64,000 bases of DNA from the human T2T-CHM13v2.0 reference genome, Homo sapiens: the NCBI RefSeq assembly GCF_009914755.1, contig NC_060926.1. One strand, given 5' to 3'. The notes under the pieces are model-generated. The model worked only from the letters and a program-made list of their open reading frames with translations, did not search any database and was not told the origin of the DNA. How positions within the stretch are numbered: position 1 is the stretch's first letter; the number at the start of each line of letters is the position of its first letter. Below are positions 12,461 to 26,129 of the stretch, one piece after another. Both the position numbers and the translations under genes were made by a program.

Positions 12461-14198
12461 ACTGCAGTCATGATTAACCCCTCTCTCTTCAGTGCATCTG
12501 AAGACTTGGATGAGTGCTCCTGATTCCAGGTCATCTTCACAATGCAACTGAAGCACCCTTCGAGCTCTGTCTGTTCCTGATTAAAACTGTCACCTGAAGA
12601 GATGCCACATGATTGCGGAGGCCAGAGAAGCGGCCGAGTAGGGCTGCCTGGAGTCATTGTCCACCTCGGCCTCCACAAAAACGGCCTCCCTCATGCAGAA
12701 GACCAGCCCTGCAGACTGCTGGCCATAGTGGGCCACACCTGTCATTCGCTTAGCGGAATCTTGATTTGTTCAAAAGAATGGCACCCTTGCCTCTGTGGCT
12801 GCAAAAAAACTTCTGGCCAATGCCCAGTGGTCCCGACAGGCCCAGGGGAACTCGACCAACCCCTCCACCCTCAGTGGCCAGGGGCCCCACACCCATGGCC
12901 TCCAGTGCGGACCCTGCCTGCCCGTGGGCTGTGCTCCCTCTTCCCCCACACCGTACACTCCCGGCTCATTCCTGCCTTGGCTTTTTACGTGCGAAATACA
13001 AATCCTCCGTTCTTCACTCTCCTGCAGCCAAGCCTGCTTCCCGGGGTCTCAGCAGTGTCTCCAGCCAGGAAGCCCTGAGTACTCCCTTGGTGTGGGACCT
13101 CCAGGACAGGCCTGCGAACTGCTGATGGTCTCACCCAGGGTGACGCGGGTGATTCTGGCGGCGTGTGAGGGGTCAGAATGATTCACAGAAGGGCCCCGAG
13201 GATCAAGGAGGTGTCCAAGGGGCTGCTGCCAGCCAAAGCTCGGAGTGAAGCTGCATTCACGGAGCCCAGGGAAACGGCAGGAGCCTCACTTGGGGCGACG
13301 CCTGGTCCAGGTGCAGCCACAGCGGGTTTGCTGCATCTCTGTGTGGAGCAGCCACAGCTCAGGTTCTGTTCCCCCCACCCCCCTTATCGGGCTCCAGTCA
13401 GGCCCCAGCACACACATGGCCCGGTGGTGGGACACGGGTGTCAGGTAGCTGCTGCAGGGCAGGGCTGAGCAAACAGGATGTACCTGCCCCTGGCTCAGGT
13501 GGGCTCAGGCCCCTTCATGCAGCGAGGAGTCAGGGCCCCCGAATCTCTGGGAGGACGCATCCTAGGGGATTTCCTCCACGGTGTTGGAATTGAAGGACTT
13601 AATGACGTCCCTTCCCATGCGCACCGAGTGCCACAGTGTCCCAGGCACGTGCCTCAGCCTCACATGCCGGGGCACAGGGCTGCCCTGCGAGGTGGGAGGA
13701 AGACCTAGGTGAGGACCCGGAGCCAAGGGCTTTCCTGACCGTGAAATTGCAGGTGAGGACCTGGAGCCGAGGGCCGGTTCTAGCTGCTCCAAGCGCCCGA
13801 GGGCCAACGTTGGCAGTGGCCTCCACTGCCCTGAGCCTCATGACCCTTCATCAGCGTGACTGGTGACAGTGGCCACAGGCCTGCGGACCTGCCTGGCCAA
13901 GCGGCCTGGGGGAGCTGGCCCATTGAGTTTCTTTCCTGGTCACTAGGAACTAGAACACAGAGGTGTGGGTTGGCTTCTCTGGATGCTTGAACTGAGAAAA
14001 GTTAGAAGTCAGATGGGACCCAGAGAGGGTGGAACATTTTTGAGCTATAAAAACGAGAGAATGGGACAGAGCAGAGAGGCAGCAGTGGAAGGTGGGAGTC
14101 CGAGAAGAGGGACAGAGTCACAGAGGGAGAGCAGGACCCCTGGGGCCCCACACCCCAGCCCTTCATCCAAGCCTGAGAGGGGTTTGTGGCCGCTCCCA

Positions 14199-14480
14199 CC
14201 CCTGGAGCCCCTGAGCTCGGACCGCATCCCCCGACCCCTTGAGTCCCTGAGCTGGGACTGAGTCCCCCAACCCCTGGAGCCCCTGACCTGGGACCACATC
14301 CCCCGACCCCTGGAGCCCCTGACCTGGGACCACATCCCCCAACCCCTGGAGCCCCTGACCTGGGACCACATCCCCCAACCCCTCAAGTCCCTGAGCTGGG
14401 ACTGAGCCCCCCAACCCCTGGAGCCCCTGACCTGGGACCACATCCCCCAACCCCTGAAGCCCCTGGGCTGAGACTGCGTC
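14199..14480. repeat. 36-bp minisatellite CCCCTGGAGCCCCTGACCTGGGACCACATCCCCCAA (~8 copies)
   Basis: Directly visible tandem copies with two unit variants. Confidence 0.95.
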
Positions 14481-14899
14481 CTTCAGTGATCTCAGCTTCG
14501 TGTTTCTGAGCTAACGGCAGCACATTCCAACTCCAGGATTGCCGAGCTCGTGTTCATCCCTGAGCTTTATCGAGTGTTCTCCATGGGCCAGTTACCCCCC
14601 ATTCATTCTATGTGTGCCACTTCAAGGAAGATTCATGTCTCGCCTACCATGAGAATACTACTTCATCTTGTCCCCATCGTACACATTTTAAAATCAGAAA
14701 ACAAAAATATGAGACAGAGAGAAAATGGGTGGTGTGCATGAGACAGCAGGACCAGGAGGCCGCAGAGTGCCTGGCCGGTGCAAGAGGGAGAAGCCTAGGG
14801 CTCTGCACTGTCCCACGGAGATGGAGCTGCCCAAATGGAGCAGGTCGCCCTGACACTGAGCCGGTCTCTCCTCCTCTAATTCATGCTTAATTGCCTTTC

Positions 14900-15170
14900 A
14901 TGAAGCCAGCTGTACAAGGCAAAATGCCTTTGCTGGGCTGCCTTTTGAAAAGTTCTGCTCAGTTCGTCTCCCGCTCTCCATCTTGGTTCAGCCCAGGCTG
15001 CCATCTCCCGTTCCTTCACCACTGCAGCCAGGCACCTCTCCAGAGTCAAGTCCAACAATGCTGGTCCTCACTTCACTGTCTTTATGGTTCCCCAGAATCG
15101 ACCTCCAGTCTATTTCCATATTTTCAGGGTTCTTTATCACCTGACCTCTACCTGAGTTTACTCCTTCACC
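14900..15170 (+). mobile_element. L2 fragment
   Basis: Pyrimidine-rich sequence with L2 3'-region-like blocks (TCCCGCTCTCCATC...CACTGCAGCCAGGCACCTCTCCAGAGTCAAGTC). Confidence 0.45.
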
Positions 15171-15229
15171 CTGTCACCCCAAATCCAACTTCACAACCCA
15201 ACCCCAGAGCCAGCACGACCTTATTTGCT

Positions 15230-16445
<1,216 letters not shown>

Positions 16446-16449
16446 ACAT

Positions 16450-17168
16450 TACTAACTAAAAAAAAACAGATGGCTACAAAGACCCAAGGAAATAGCATTG
16501 ATCTGAGAAACAAAGAACTGCCATTTGAATATACTGAATCAGGGCAGCCCTGAAGAGCGTCTTGCGAGGCAGGCGCGTGAGGGGGTTTGGAAGGGGATTT
16601 TCACAAAAAGCTGGTTTTCGAGGCCTTTCCTTGATGAGGCCCTGAGTCCTACTCAGCCCCGCTGTCCCCAGGTCCTGGCCGTGGCCTGGTAATCACATGG
16701 CCCATCACCGTGTGGTGGACAAGAAGCTGCACAGCCAGAGTTAAGCAACTGCGCCAGCGCTGCCTAAGTCAGCCGCTCCATGGCAACGCCAAAAATCTCA
16801 GGGAAGCTGAAAAAGCAAAACCTTTAAGGAAGCCAGGTTTATATTGCATTTAGGGTCACTCTGTGAGTCCTGCAGCTGGGACTGGACACGGATACTCATG
16901 TATCCTCCGGAAGAGATGATGGTCAGTTCTGAGGGCTGTGCCTGTCTCCAACATGGCCATTTGTTGGCTTGGCAGAGATCCTAAACTGCAAACCTGTTCT
17001 GCTTGGTGAGATAATCAGTGTGGTCCTAGTGAAGAGTTGTAGAAGGCTGGGGGACAGTGACTTCAGTTGCTTCCTCAAGTCTACCGGAGCATCTAGCAGG
17101 TGTGGGTGCAATGCTGTCACCATCTTCCAACCCCTCTTTAGAAAGCCTTAGTTACCTCACCTTCCACA
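16450..17168 (-). mobile_element. ERV1 3' LTR carrying a 333-bp foreign insert (16626-16958)
   Basis: Aligns to 25636-26054 on both sides of the insert; adjoins the PPT at 17169-17184. Confidence 0.85.
16626..16958 (+). repeat. Copy B of the ~310-330 bp duplication, inside the ERV LTR
   Basis: Absent from the partner LTR, homologous to 12150-12460, bounded by GGCC at 16622-16625 and 16955-16958. Confidence 0.85.
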
Positions 17169-17399
17169 TGTTCCCCTTTTGATCAAGATCTTTATCCAGA
17201 AGGCATCTCAGATTAACCGGTGAGTCTGATTTTGTTCTTTGTCGCTGGGATATACCTGTCCCAGGGAGTCACGTTCCTTATCAGGGGGTCTCTAGGCCTA
17301 TGGAAATGTAAGACTAGACTGTGTTACATTTGAGTTAACAGGTGGTTTTGAAAGGAATGCTGTCAAGCCTGCTTAGGTCCCCAGAATTGTCAGATCAGA

Positions 17400-17860
17400 T
17401 GTGTTTTCCACATCATATGCTTGATGAATATCATATCGTGCTTCTAAGGACTGTTACTTTGGTTAAACTGATTTCTAAGCACACGTGGATAAGGAGAAGT
17501 GACTTAAGTTTTACAAAAATAACAGCAATAGTCACGAGACTGAGTAACAAAAGCTGAAGACTGGATTTTAGCCACCTTCCGAAGAGATCAAGTAGCCGAA
17601 TATTCCATGGTGAATGCTTTATTTAGCTAAGTAGTGAGAATGTTTCCAACTCGGGCTCTACTTTTTTAGATGTATTTATTCCAGTATAACACGAGGTACT
17701 GGCTACAGCACTAGGGCAAGATAGAATTTAAAGTAATTCTGTTGTGCAAGGCAGTGAAAGACAAAAACTAGGAGTATAGAGAAAGCAACAGATAAGAAGC
17801 CAAGTATTTCAGGTATTTCCGGGAGCTTAATGATATCCAGGCCTGGCCCAGGGGTCTTGG
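17400..17860 (-). pseudogene. env: ERV env remnant: signal-peptide-like segment joined to the TM C-terminal part
   Basis: Minus-strand translation LGFLSVAFSILLVFVFHCLAQQN, then SAVASTSCYTGINTSKKVE (degenerate CAVANTSCC.WINTSG.VE, i.e. the CX6CC region), then the hydrophobic anchor WLKSSLQLLLLSLVTIAVIFV. Confidence 0.7.
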
Positions 17861-17899
17861 GTGTGTGGTCACCTTTAGCTGTTCTCTGCTCCACTCCTA

Positions 17900-20800
17900 G
17901 GTCGATTTTAGCTTCAGGCCTCTAATTGTTTCTGAATTCCAGCAGGGGTAGGAACTTCCTTTAAATAAGAAGTGTGAATCCAGAGTGAACCTTTTAGTTT
18001 GGCAGCACAGAAATGGGCAAGGAGCACCTCATATGGACCTTTCTATTGAGGTTGAGGCAATGATTTTGTAAATTTTTCTCCCAAAAGGCAAAATCACCAG
18101 GAGGCAGGTTGTTCTATTTGCTGCCTTCATCTCCTGGAAGCACACTATGGAAAGATTGTTCTACCAGAGTATGATTTGCGTCTAAAGCCTTAATTATTCC
18201 TTGATAATGTTGGAAACTGTCTCCTTTGATGAACTGGATGTTAAAAGCAGAGTGGGCTAAATGTATTGGCCATCCAGTAATAATTTCAAAAGGTGACGAG
18301 TTATGTTTTCCAAAAAGTGCATACCTTAGACTCAAAAGGACCAGAGCAAGTACCTTTGTCCAGGGCAGCTGTAATGCCTCCTCAAATTTCACCAGTTGGG
18401 TTTTGAGAATGCCATTTGTTCTTTCTGCCAATAAGGAAGATTGGAGATAAGCACAAGGAAAGGGTTGAAATATGGGCCAATCTTGGCAAATTTGCTCTTT
18501 CTCATGGCCAGTGAGGTGCATTTCTCAGTCACCATATAAGTCTGAGGGTTTGCCCCATGTAGGATAACCTTTTCTAACAACAGCTTTGAAACCGCTGAGG
18601 TAGTGGCCTGTCAACAAGAGAGTGTGTCTACCCAAACGGAAAACACAAACCATGGTTTATAACCTTGATAGGGAGGTAGCTGGATGAAATTCACTGGCCA
18701 AATCTCAAAGAGTCCATTAGGCAGATCAAAGTGACCTGGAATTGTCTAAATGGTCTCTGCTGGGTTGAATTCTGGACAAACAGTGTGAGACAGCTGTGCC
18801 TCTGTAGTGGCCCTTGAAATGTTTCTCTAACAATACTTTATCATAGAATAGAAGTTCACCAGTTTCCCAGCAAATCATCTCAAGGATCATTTTCCTTAGG
18901 GGATCTTCATAGATCATGGTGATATTGGTTTATTAGTGGGACCATACCGTAAGTTTATCTTTGGGCCAAAAGTGCAACCATTAGTCCAATAAGATTTTTC
19001 TTTATGTGCTCAAGACTGAGCACCTTTTAAACCCTTTAAAAAGAACACCATTTAAATCCTTTTTGGAAAATAACCAGTACTAACTACAGGATTTTCAGTC
19101 TTTGTGGATCTCGAGGCAGCTGCCCTCACTGCATGATCTGCTGCATTGTCTCCTTTCCCCTCATCAGACTCCAGTTTTGAGTGGCCAGGAATTTTGATTA
19201 CGGCCGAGGCAAAGAGAGGTTGAATTGAATTGAATAAATTATTGACAAAGGTTCATTTGTAATGTGGTTTCCTCCAGAGGTTAAAAATTCTCCATGTTTC
19301 CACAGCAGACCAAAAGCACAACCACAAAGTCATACATACCGATGGTGTAAATATTTGCAGTTTGACCATTCACCAGAAGACAAGTCCTGTGATCAAGGCA
19401 TAAAGTTCTGCGTGTTGGGCTAAAGTGGCCATTGGCAGTGCTTCCACTACTTCACAGAGTGTGGGTATACCATACGTAGCACACTTTTTTCCTGCATTAT
19501 CTGTTCTATATGATTGATTAGTAAACCATGAAATTCCGTCTGGCTTTGGGGTTTCTTATAAATTAACTCTAGGTTTTAGTCGTTGGTCAGTTACACGATC
19601 ATGAGGTTTCTCATCATCAAGTAGGAAACAAAGGCTTCTGGATTAAGATTACTGCAACAGGAAAGAATAATATGCGGAGAAGTCAATGGCAAGGCCTAAT
19701 AAGCCTAATAAGCAGTTAGTCTACTTGCAGAAAGATGTTGGGTATGACGACAGTGGAGGAAAGCTTCCAGGGTGTGAGGAGTATAGATGACAGAGGAGAG
19801 CCCACGACCATCTCCTCTGTACCTCTAAAGCCGTAGTGGCTGGCACAGCTCTCATGCAGGGAGGGAGTCTCTTCGCTCTGATTCTAATTGCTACTATAAT
19901 AGCCAAGGGGTCTGTCGGTCTCCATTTCTTTGGGTAAGGATCCCTAACATATTCACTTCACTTTTGTGCACAGAAAGGAAGAAGGGGAGATAATAATTGA
20001 GGTGCTGTAAGGCAGGAGAACTTAGAAGTCCTTCTTTTAACTGATGGAAGGCTATGTGGGCATTCCTTTCCAGTTCAAGGGAACTGGTTTGTTAACTTTC
20101 AGAAGGGTGGAGCTATCAACGACAAAGCTCTTCCCTCATCCGTGAGGTTTCTTCACAGGCAGGGTAGTATTATTACAGGGGTTAGTGCAAGATACCGTTA
20201 GATTATTGACTTTATGTTCTTCTGTAATTGGTTTAATTTCTGCAAGAGCTTCAGGTTTAGGGGGTATTATCTGATGTTAGAAAGAGGCTTGTTTGAGTTC
20301 ATTTGAAATTTTTCGGGGGAGCTGGATGGATTCATCCAATGTCTGTTGTGGATTTAGCCCAAAGTTCCTCAGGAACCTCTTTTGAAAGAGCTAATCTCTC
20401 AGCATTTTTGTTATTTAGGTTAAGGGCAAAAATGGGCAAGAGTATAGAAAAATTCTTACTGCTTGCAGTTAAAGCAGGGGTTTACTCAATTTTTAAAACT
20501 ATGGGAAAAGGAAACTTTCGGGAAAAGGAAATAGCAACAGGTGTTTTACTAAGAAGTCCCTTCCAAGGAAGTGAACTGGGGCCAAGATAACTCAAAAAAT
20601 GAATGACTGTCCCAGAGATGACCTAGTTGAAGAAGCAGGGGTAAGGATTTGCAAATTGTTAAAGGTGCATTAGAAACTTCCAACATTTGAATTTGTTCAG
20701 TGCTCCAAGGAAAAGGCTACTTGAGGCCAGTGATGTCAGTCCCAGAAAGGCCTGCTTCCCAGTCTATGACGACAGTGAGAACTTCCTTTCCAATCAGGGG

Positions 20801-20900
20801 GGTAGTTTTGCCCAAATGATTAAGAGGCAAGACCTGTTTCCTCAGAGCACCTGCAGTCCCTAAGGGATACAGAGGGCAGTTTATTAAGGGGTCTTTTATC
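17900..20900 (-). pseudogene. pol: ERV1 pro-pol remnant (RT N-terminus, connection, RNase H, integrase) with stops and frameshifts
   Basis: Integrase core AERTNGILKTQLVKFEEALQLPWTKVLALVLLSL...SPFEIITGWP (ORF 18114-18521); connection LPPCMRAVPATT; RT start KPEALAEIKP...CTNPCNNTTLPVKKP. Confidence 0.88.
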
Positions 20901-20922
20901 ACACTATATATATATATATATA

Positions 20923-23487
20923 GCTGCTGTGCAAGCTGCTCTGCCACTTGGGCCATATGACCCAGCAGATCCAATGGTGTTAGAGGTGACAGTGGCAGAT
21001 AGGGATGCTGTTTGGAGCCTTGGCAGGCTTCCATAGGTGAGCCTATGGAGGTCTCTAGGACCAGTGGAGGTCTCTAGGATTTTGGAGCAAGGCCCTGTAC
21101 TATCTTCTGCAGATAACTATTCTTCTTTTGAGAGACAGCACTTGGCCTGTTACTGGGCTTTGGTGGAAACTGAACGTTAGACTACGGATCATCAAGTCAC
21201 CATGTGACCTGAACTGTCTATCATAAACTGGGTGTTTTCTGACCCATCTAGCCATAAAGTGGGTCATGCACAGCAGCATTCCATCATCAAATGGAAGTGG
21301 CATATATGTGATCGGGCTCAAGTAGGTCCTGAAGGCACAAGTTACATGAACAAGTGGGTCAAATGCCCATGGTCTCCACTCCTGCCACCTCTGCTTTCTC
21401 TCCCCCCAGCCTGCGCCAATGGCCTCATGGGGAGTTTCCTATGATCAGTTGACAGAGGAAGAGAAGACTAGGCTTGGTTCACAGATGGTTCTGCACGATA
21501 TGCAGGCACCACCTGAATGTGGAGGGCTGCAGCACTACAGCCCCTTTCTAGGACATCCCTGAAGGACAGTGGTGAAGGGAAATCTTCCCAGTGGGCAGAA
21601 CTTGGAGCAGTGCACCTGGTTGTGCTCTTTGCACGGCGGGAGAAGTGGTCAGATGTGTGATTATATACTGATTCATGGGCTGTAGCCAATGGTATGGCTG
21701 GATGGTCAGGGACTTGGAAGAAGCATGAGTGGAAAATTGGTGACAAAGAAATTTGGGAAGAGGTATGTAGATGGACCTCTCTGAGTGGTCAAAAACTGAA
21801 GATATTTGTATGCATGGGAGTGTGCACCAATGGATAAGCTCAGCAGAGGAGGAGTTTCATAATCAAGTGGATAGGATGACCCATTCTCTAGACACCACTC
21901 AGCCTCTTTCCCCAGACACCCCTGTCATCACCCAATAGGCCCATGAACAAAGTGGCCCTGGTGGCAGTGATGGAGGTTACACATGGACTCAGTAACATGG
22001 ACTTCCACTCACTGAGGCTAACCTGGCTACAGCCACTGCCAAGTGCCCAATTTGCCAGCAGCAGAGACCAGCACTGAGCCCTAAATATGGCACCATTCCT
22101 CGGGGTGATCAGCCAGCTCCCTGGTGGCAGGTTGATTATATTGGACCTCTTCCATCATAGAAAGGGCAGAGGTTTGTCCTCACTGGAATAGATACTTACT
22201 TTGCCTATCCTGCATGCAATGCTTCTGCCAAGACTACCATCCGTGGACTCACGGAATACCTTATCCACTGTTATGGTGTTCCACACAGCATTACCTCTGA
22301 CCAAGGCACTCACTTTATGGCTGAAAAAGTGCAGCAGTGGGCTCATGCTCATGGAATTCACTGGTCTTACCATGTTCCCCATCATCCTGAAGAAGCTGGA
22401 TTGACAGAACGGTGGAATGGCCTTTTGAAGTCACAATTACAGCACAACTAGGTGACAATACTTTGCAGGGCTGGGGCAAAGTTCTCCAGAAGGCTGTGTA
22501 TGCTCTGAATCAGCATCCAATACATGGTACTGTTTCTCCCATAGCCAGGATTCACAGGTCCAAGAATCAAGGGATGGAAATGGAGGTGGCACCACTCACC
22601 ATCACCCCTAGTGATCCACCAGCAAAATTTTTGCTTTCTGTTCCTGCGACATTACGTTCTCCTGTCCTAGAGGTCTTAGTTCCAGAAGGAGGAACGCTGC
22701 CATCAGGAAACACAAGGACAATTCCATTAAACTGGAAGTTAAGATTGCCACCTGGACACTTTGGGCTCCTCCTACCTTTAAGTCAACAGGCTAAGAAGGG
22801 AGTTACAGTGTTGGCTGGGATGATTGACCCAGACTATCAAGATGAAAACAGTCTACTACTCTACACAGAGGTAAGAAAGGGTATACATGGAATACAGGAG
22901 CTTCATTAGGGCATCTCTTAGTATTACCATGCCCTGTGATTAAGGTCAATGGGAAACTATGACAACCCAATCCAGGCAGAACTACAAATGGTCCAGACCC
23001 TTCAGCAATGAAGTCTTTGGTCACTCCACCAGGAAAAAAAAGCACAACCTGCTGAGGTGCTTGCTGAAGGCAAAGGGAATACAGAATGGGTAGTAGAAGA
23101 ATGTAGACATCAATACAAGCTACGACCTTGGGACCAGCTACGACCACGGGACCAGCTGTAGAAATGAAGACTGTAATTGTCATGAGTATTTCCTCCTTCT
23201 TTTTCTAAAAACATCTTTGTGCATGTATACACTTGTACTAAGAAAATATCTTCATTTTGTTTCATTTTCCTTTATTATGTAACATAAGATTTATTGACTT
23301 CATACCAACATTTAAGTATTTCTAACTTCATGTAATCGTATTTGGATTGGGGATTGGTGTGTTTCCAGTTGTGTGAAGGATAGTTGTATTATGTTAGGTG
23401 TAATTATAACCTCATTATTGTCTTTATTTGAAGATAATGTATGATCTCAGGAGATGTGTATGGGTTCGAGTTGACAAGGGGTGGACT
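20923..23487 (+). mobile_element. HERV-L internal 3' half (pol connection/RNase H/integrase, dUTPase, PPT)
   Basis: AAVQAALPLGPYDPADPMV, WFTDGSARYAGTT, WQVDYIGPLP, GDNTLQGWGKVLQKAVYALNQ; PPT AAGGGGTGGACT before the MLT2A LTR. Confidence 0.95.
22600..22990 (+). pseudogene. dut: HERV-L dUTPase remnant
   Basis: LVPEGGTLPSGNTRTIPLNWKLRLPPGHFGLLLP...GVTVLAGMIDPDYQ (dUTPase motif G.ID.DY), frameshifted afterwards. Confidence 0.85.
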
Positions 23488-23940
23488 CGTGGTGGTTAAT
23501 ACTGAGTGTCAACTTGATTGGATTGAGGGATACAAAGTGTTAATACTGGGTGTGTCTGTGTGGGTGTTGCCAAAAGAGATTAACATTTGAGTCAATGGGC
23601 TGGGGACGGCAGATCCACCCTTAACCTGGTGGGCACAATCTAATCAGCTTCCAGCAAATATAAAGCAGGCAGAAAAACGTGAAAAGGGTAAGATGGGCCT
23701 AGCCTGCCAGCCTCCATCTTTCTCCTGTGCTGGATGCTTTCTGCCCTTGAACATTGGACTCTAAGTTCTTCAGTGCTGGGACTCCGACTGGCTCTCCTTG
23801 CTCTTCAGCTTGCAGACAGACTATTGTGGGACCTTGTGATTTGTGTGTTTATTATATACACACACACACACATATATGTATACACACACATATATATCTC
23901 CTATTAGTTCTGTCCCTCTAAAAGAACCCTGACTAATGCA
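23488..23940 (+). mobile_element. MLT2A LTR (3' LTR of the HERV-L)
   Basis: CGTGGTGGTTAATACTGAGTGTCAACTTGATTGGATTGA...(TA/CA)n...CCTATTAGTTCTGTCCCTCTAAAAGAACCCTGACTAATGCA. Confidence 0.95.
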
Positions 23941-25045
23941 ATTGTTTACCAATTAAGTTGAGCCTATTTAACTAGAATTGTAAGATCGTCATCTCAGCCA
24001 TTTCTGAAGAGAGGTTTAAAAGCCACTTTGGTAGATTCAGAATCCTGAAAGGAGTCCAGACTTTTTCTTGAAAGTGATTTCAAGTCTGTTGTAATAATCA
24101 CTACCTCACCTTCCTTTTGGGAGCAGGTGTGAATCTTGTCCCAAGCTACTCATTTGGGGAACGGCTCGGTATAAAGTTTGAGCTCCTTCTTGGGTTTTTT
24201 TCTCCTGGGAAGCCTATAGCATCAGAGGTCTGATAGAAGATTGCCCCTGCCTGCTTTTGCCATCCAGCGTTTTACCAGGCTTTCTCCAATGAGCCTGCGT
24301 ATTAATTGATAAAGATCAGAGGAAAAAGGTTCATCAATTTGGGCAACAATTTGAAATTCTTCAGGAAATTTATGAGGGTGTTCAAGAACCTTGGGGAAGT
24401 TGGGCTATAGCCGTAAGTTCGGCTTTGGTTCAGGATGTATAGTAAATGTTTGAGACAGGGCCCTTCTTATTTGGATGAAGCTGGAAAGGGAGAATTTGAA
24501 CAGGTTTAGCAGAAACAGGGAAATCAAGAGAAGCTTTGGGGTCCACAGATTAGAAGGGAAGTTGAGCACGTGTGGGATATCGAGGTAGGGAGCAGCAGGA
24601 GTGGGGGAAGGAGGGTCAGGGAAGAAACCTGAAACTCAAAGACTTTTTCTTTCCCCTTCGATTAATTAATAGCCTCTGTGAATACAGAGGGTGTATTTTG
24701 AAGAGATAATTTTAGAGCCCTTATTTAATAGCCTCTGTGAATTCAGAGGGTATATTTTGAAGAGACAATTTTAGAGCCCTGAATATGTTTGGATGCCTCT
24801 AAATGCCAATTAAAACCCACACCGCATTCAGGTTGTTTTGTTTTTGAATCAAGGTCTTCTATTAATAATTCAGTTTGGAGAAAGTCTAGCTTTGATATGA
24901 CAAAGGAACCTCAATTTGGCCATTGTAAAAGCATCCACAGTTCCAGATAAATACAGGTGAAGATCCCATAATTTTTTAACATATAACCAGCTTGAGTCCC
25001 AGAAGGAGGACAAACATTACATGGTTTAGTATTACAGAATCCCAT
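23941..25045 (-). pseudogene. gag: ERV1 gag remnant (MA to CA N-terminal part)
   Basis: ATG at 25045-25043 reads MGFCNTKP, then (frameshifted) [16 protein letters not shown] and FNWHLEASK, a proline-rich region and a capsid-like segment. Confidence 0.75.
24666..24780. repeat. 59-bp tandem duplication within gag
   Basis: TTAATAGCCTCTGTGAAT.CAGAGGGT.TATTTTGAAGAGA.AATTTTAGAGCCCT occurs twice, with 3 mismatches. Confidence 0.95.
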
Positions 25046-25050
25046 ACTCA

Positions 25051-25333
<283 letters not shown>

Positions 25334-25635
25334 GGAATCCTATACTCATAATTATTATAATCATAATAATACTCACCAAAAGGAAAACTTCTAGTAAATT
25401 AGGAAAACTTCCTCACAATTAGAAGCCTTTGTTGGCACAAATGGAACAACTTGCTTTAAATTCCCAAGTAAAGATATGAACCTCAACCAGAGGGACAGAG
25501 GTCGGGGCCCAGGAGGCCTTCGAGCCTGGGTGCCAGCAGTCTGGGAAGGTGAGTGGAGGCGACCTCACCCGACTTCAGAGAACACAGGTCCTGGAAAGGG
25601 AAGGTCACTTCAGGCCCTACTTCTGACATCAGCTA

Positions 25636-26054
25636 TGTTAACTTGGAAAAAAAGAAAAAATAAAAAAGATTTACATCAAGGTGAAAGAAATACATTTGTT
25701 TGGAAAACAAAGAATTGCCATTTGAATACACTGAATGGGGCTGCCCTGCAGTGTCCTGGAAGGCAAGGGCAGCAGAGGGTTTTTGTAGGGGATTTTCACA
25801 AAAAGTTGTTTTTGGAGGCAGCTCACTGTCTGGACAGCAATCCTAAATTGCAAACCTGTTCTGATTGGTGAACTCATTAGGGTACTGCTAGCTGAGAGGC
25901 ACTGAAGAGCAGGTAGCAGATACAGACTTGAGTTGTTTATCCACATCCCTTGGAGCATCCTGGAGTTTGACCTTCAGCATGTGTGAGTGGAATAGCCCTG
26001 CAACCTCATACTCCACTTGAGAAAGCCTCAGCCTTGGTTACTTATTTCCCAGCA
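25636..26054 (-). mobile_element. ERV1 5' LTR
   Basis: TGTTAACT terminus next to the PBS; homologous to 16450-16625 plus 16959-17168. Confidence 0.85.
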
Positions 26055-26129
26055 TACAAACAAATGCACATGCACGCCCACATATGTGGCATGCACAATG
26101 GAAATGTCGGCACGTTCACTTGCTGATGG

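Noticed and set aside
14199-14480. 36-bp repeats of CRISPR-like length
   Set aside because: Head-to-tail with no unique spacers, no cas genes, and primate DNA. The same applies to the 21-, 23- and 35-bp arrays.
18114-18521. Integrase-like ORF as a domesticated gene
   Set aside because: Only a fragment of the core; the surrounding pol has many stops and frameshifts.
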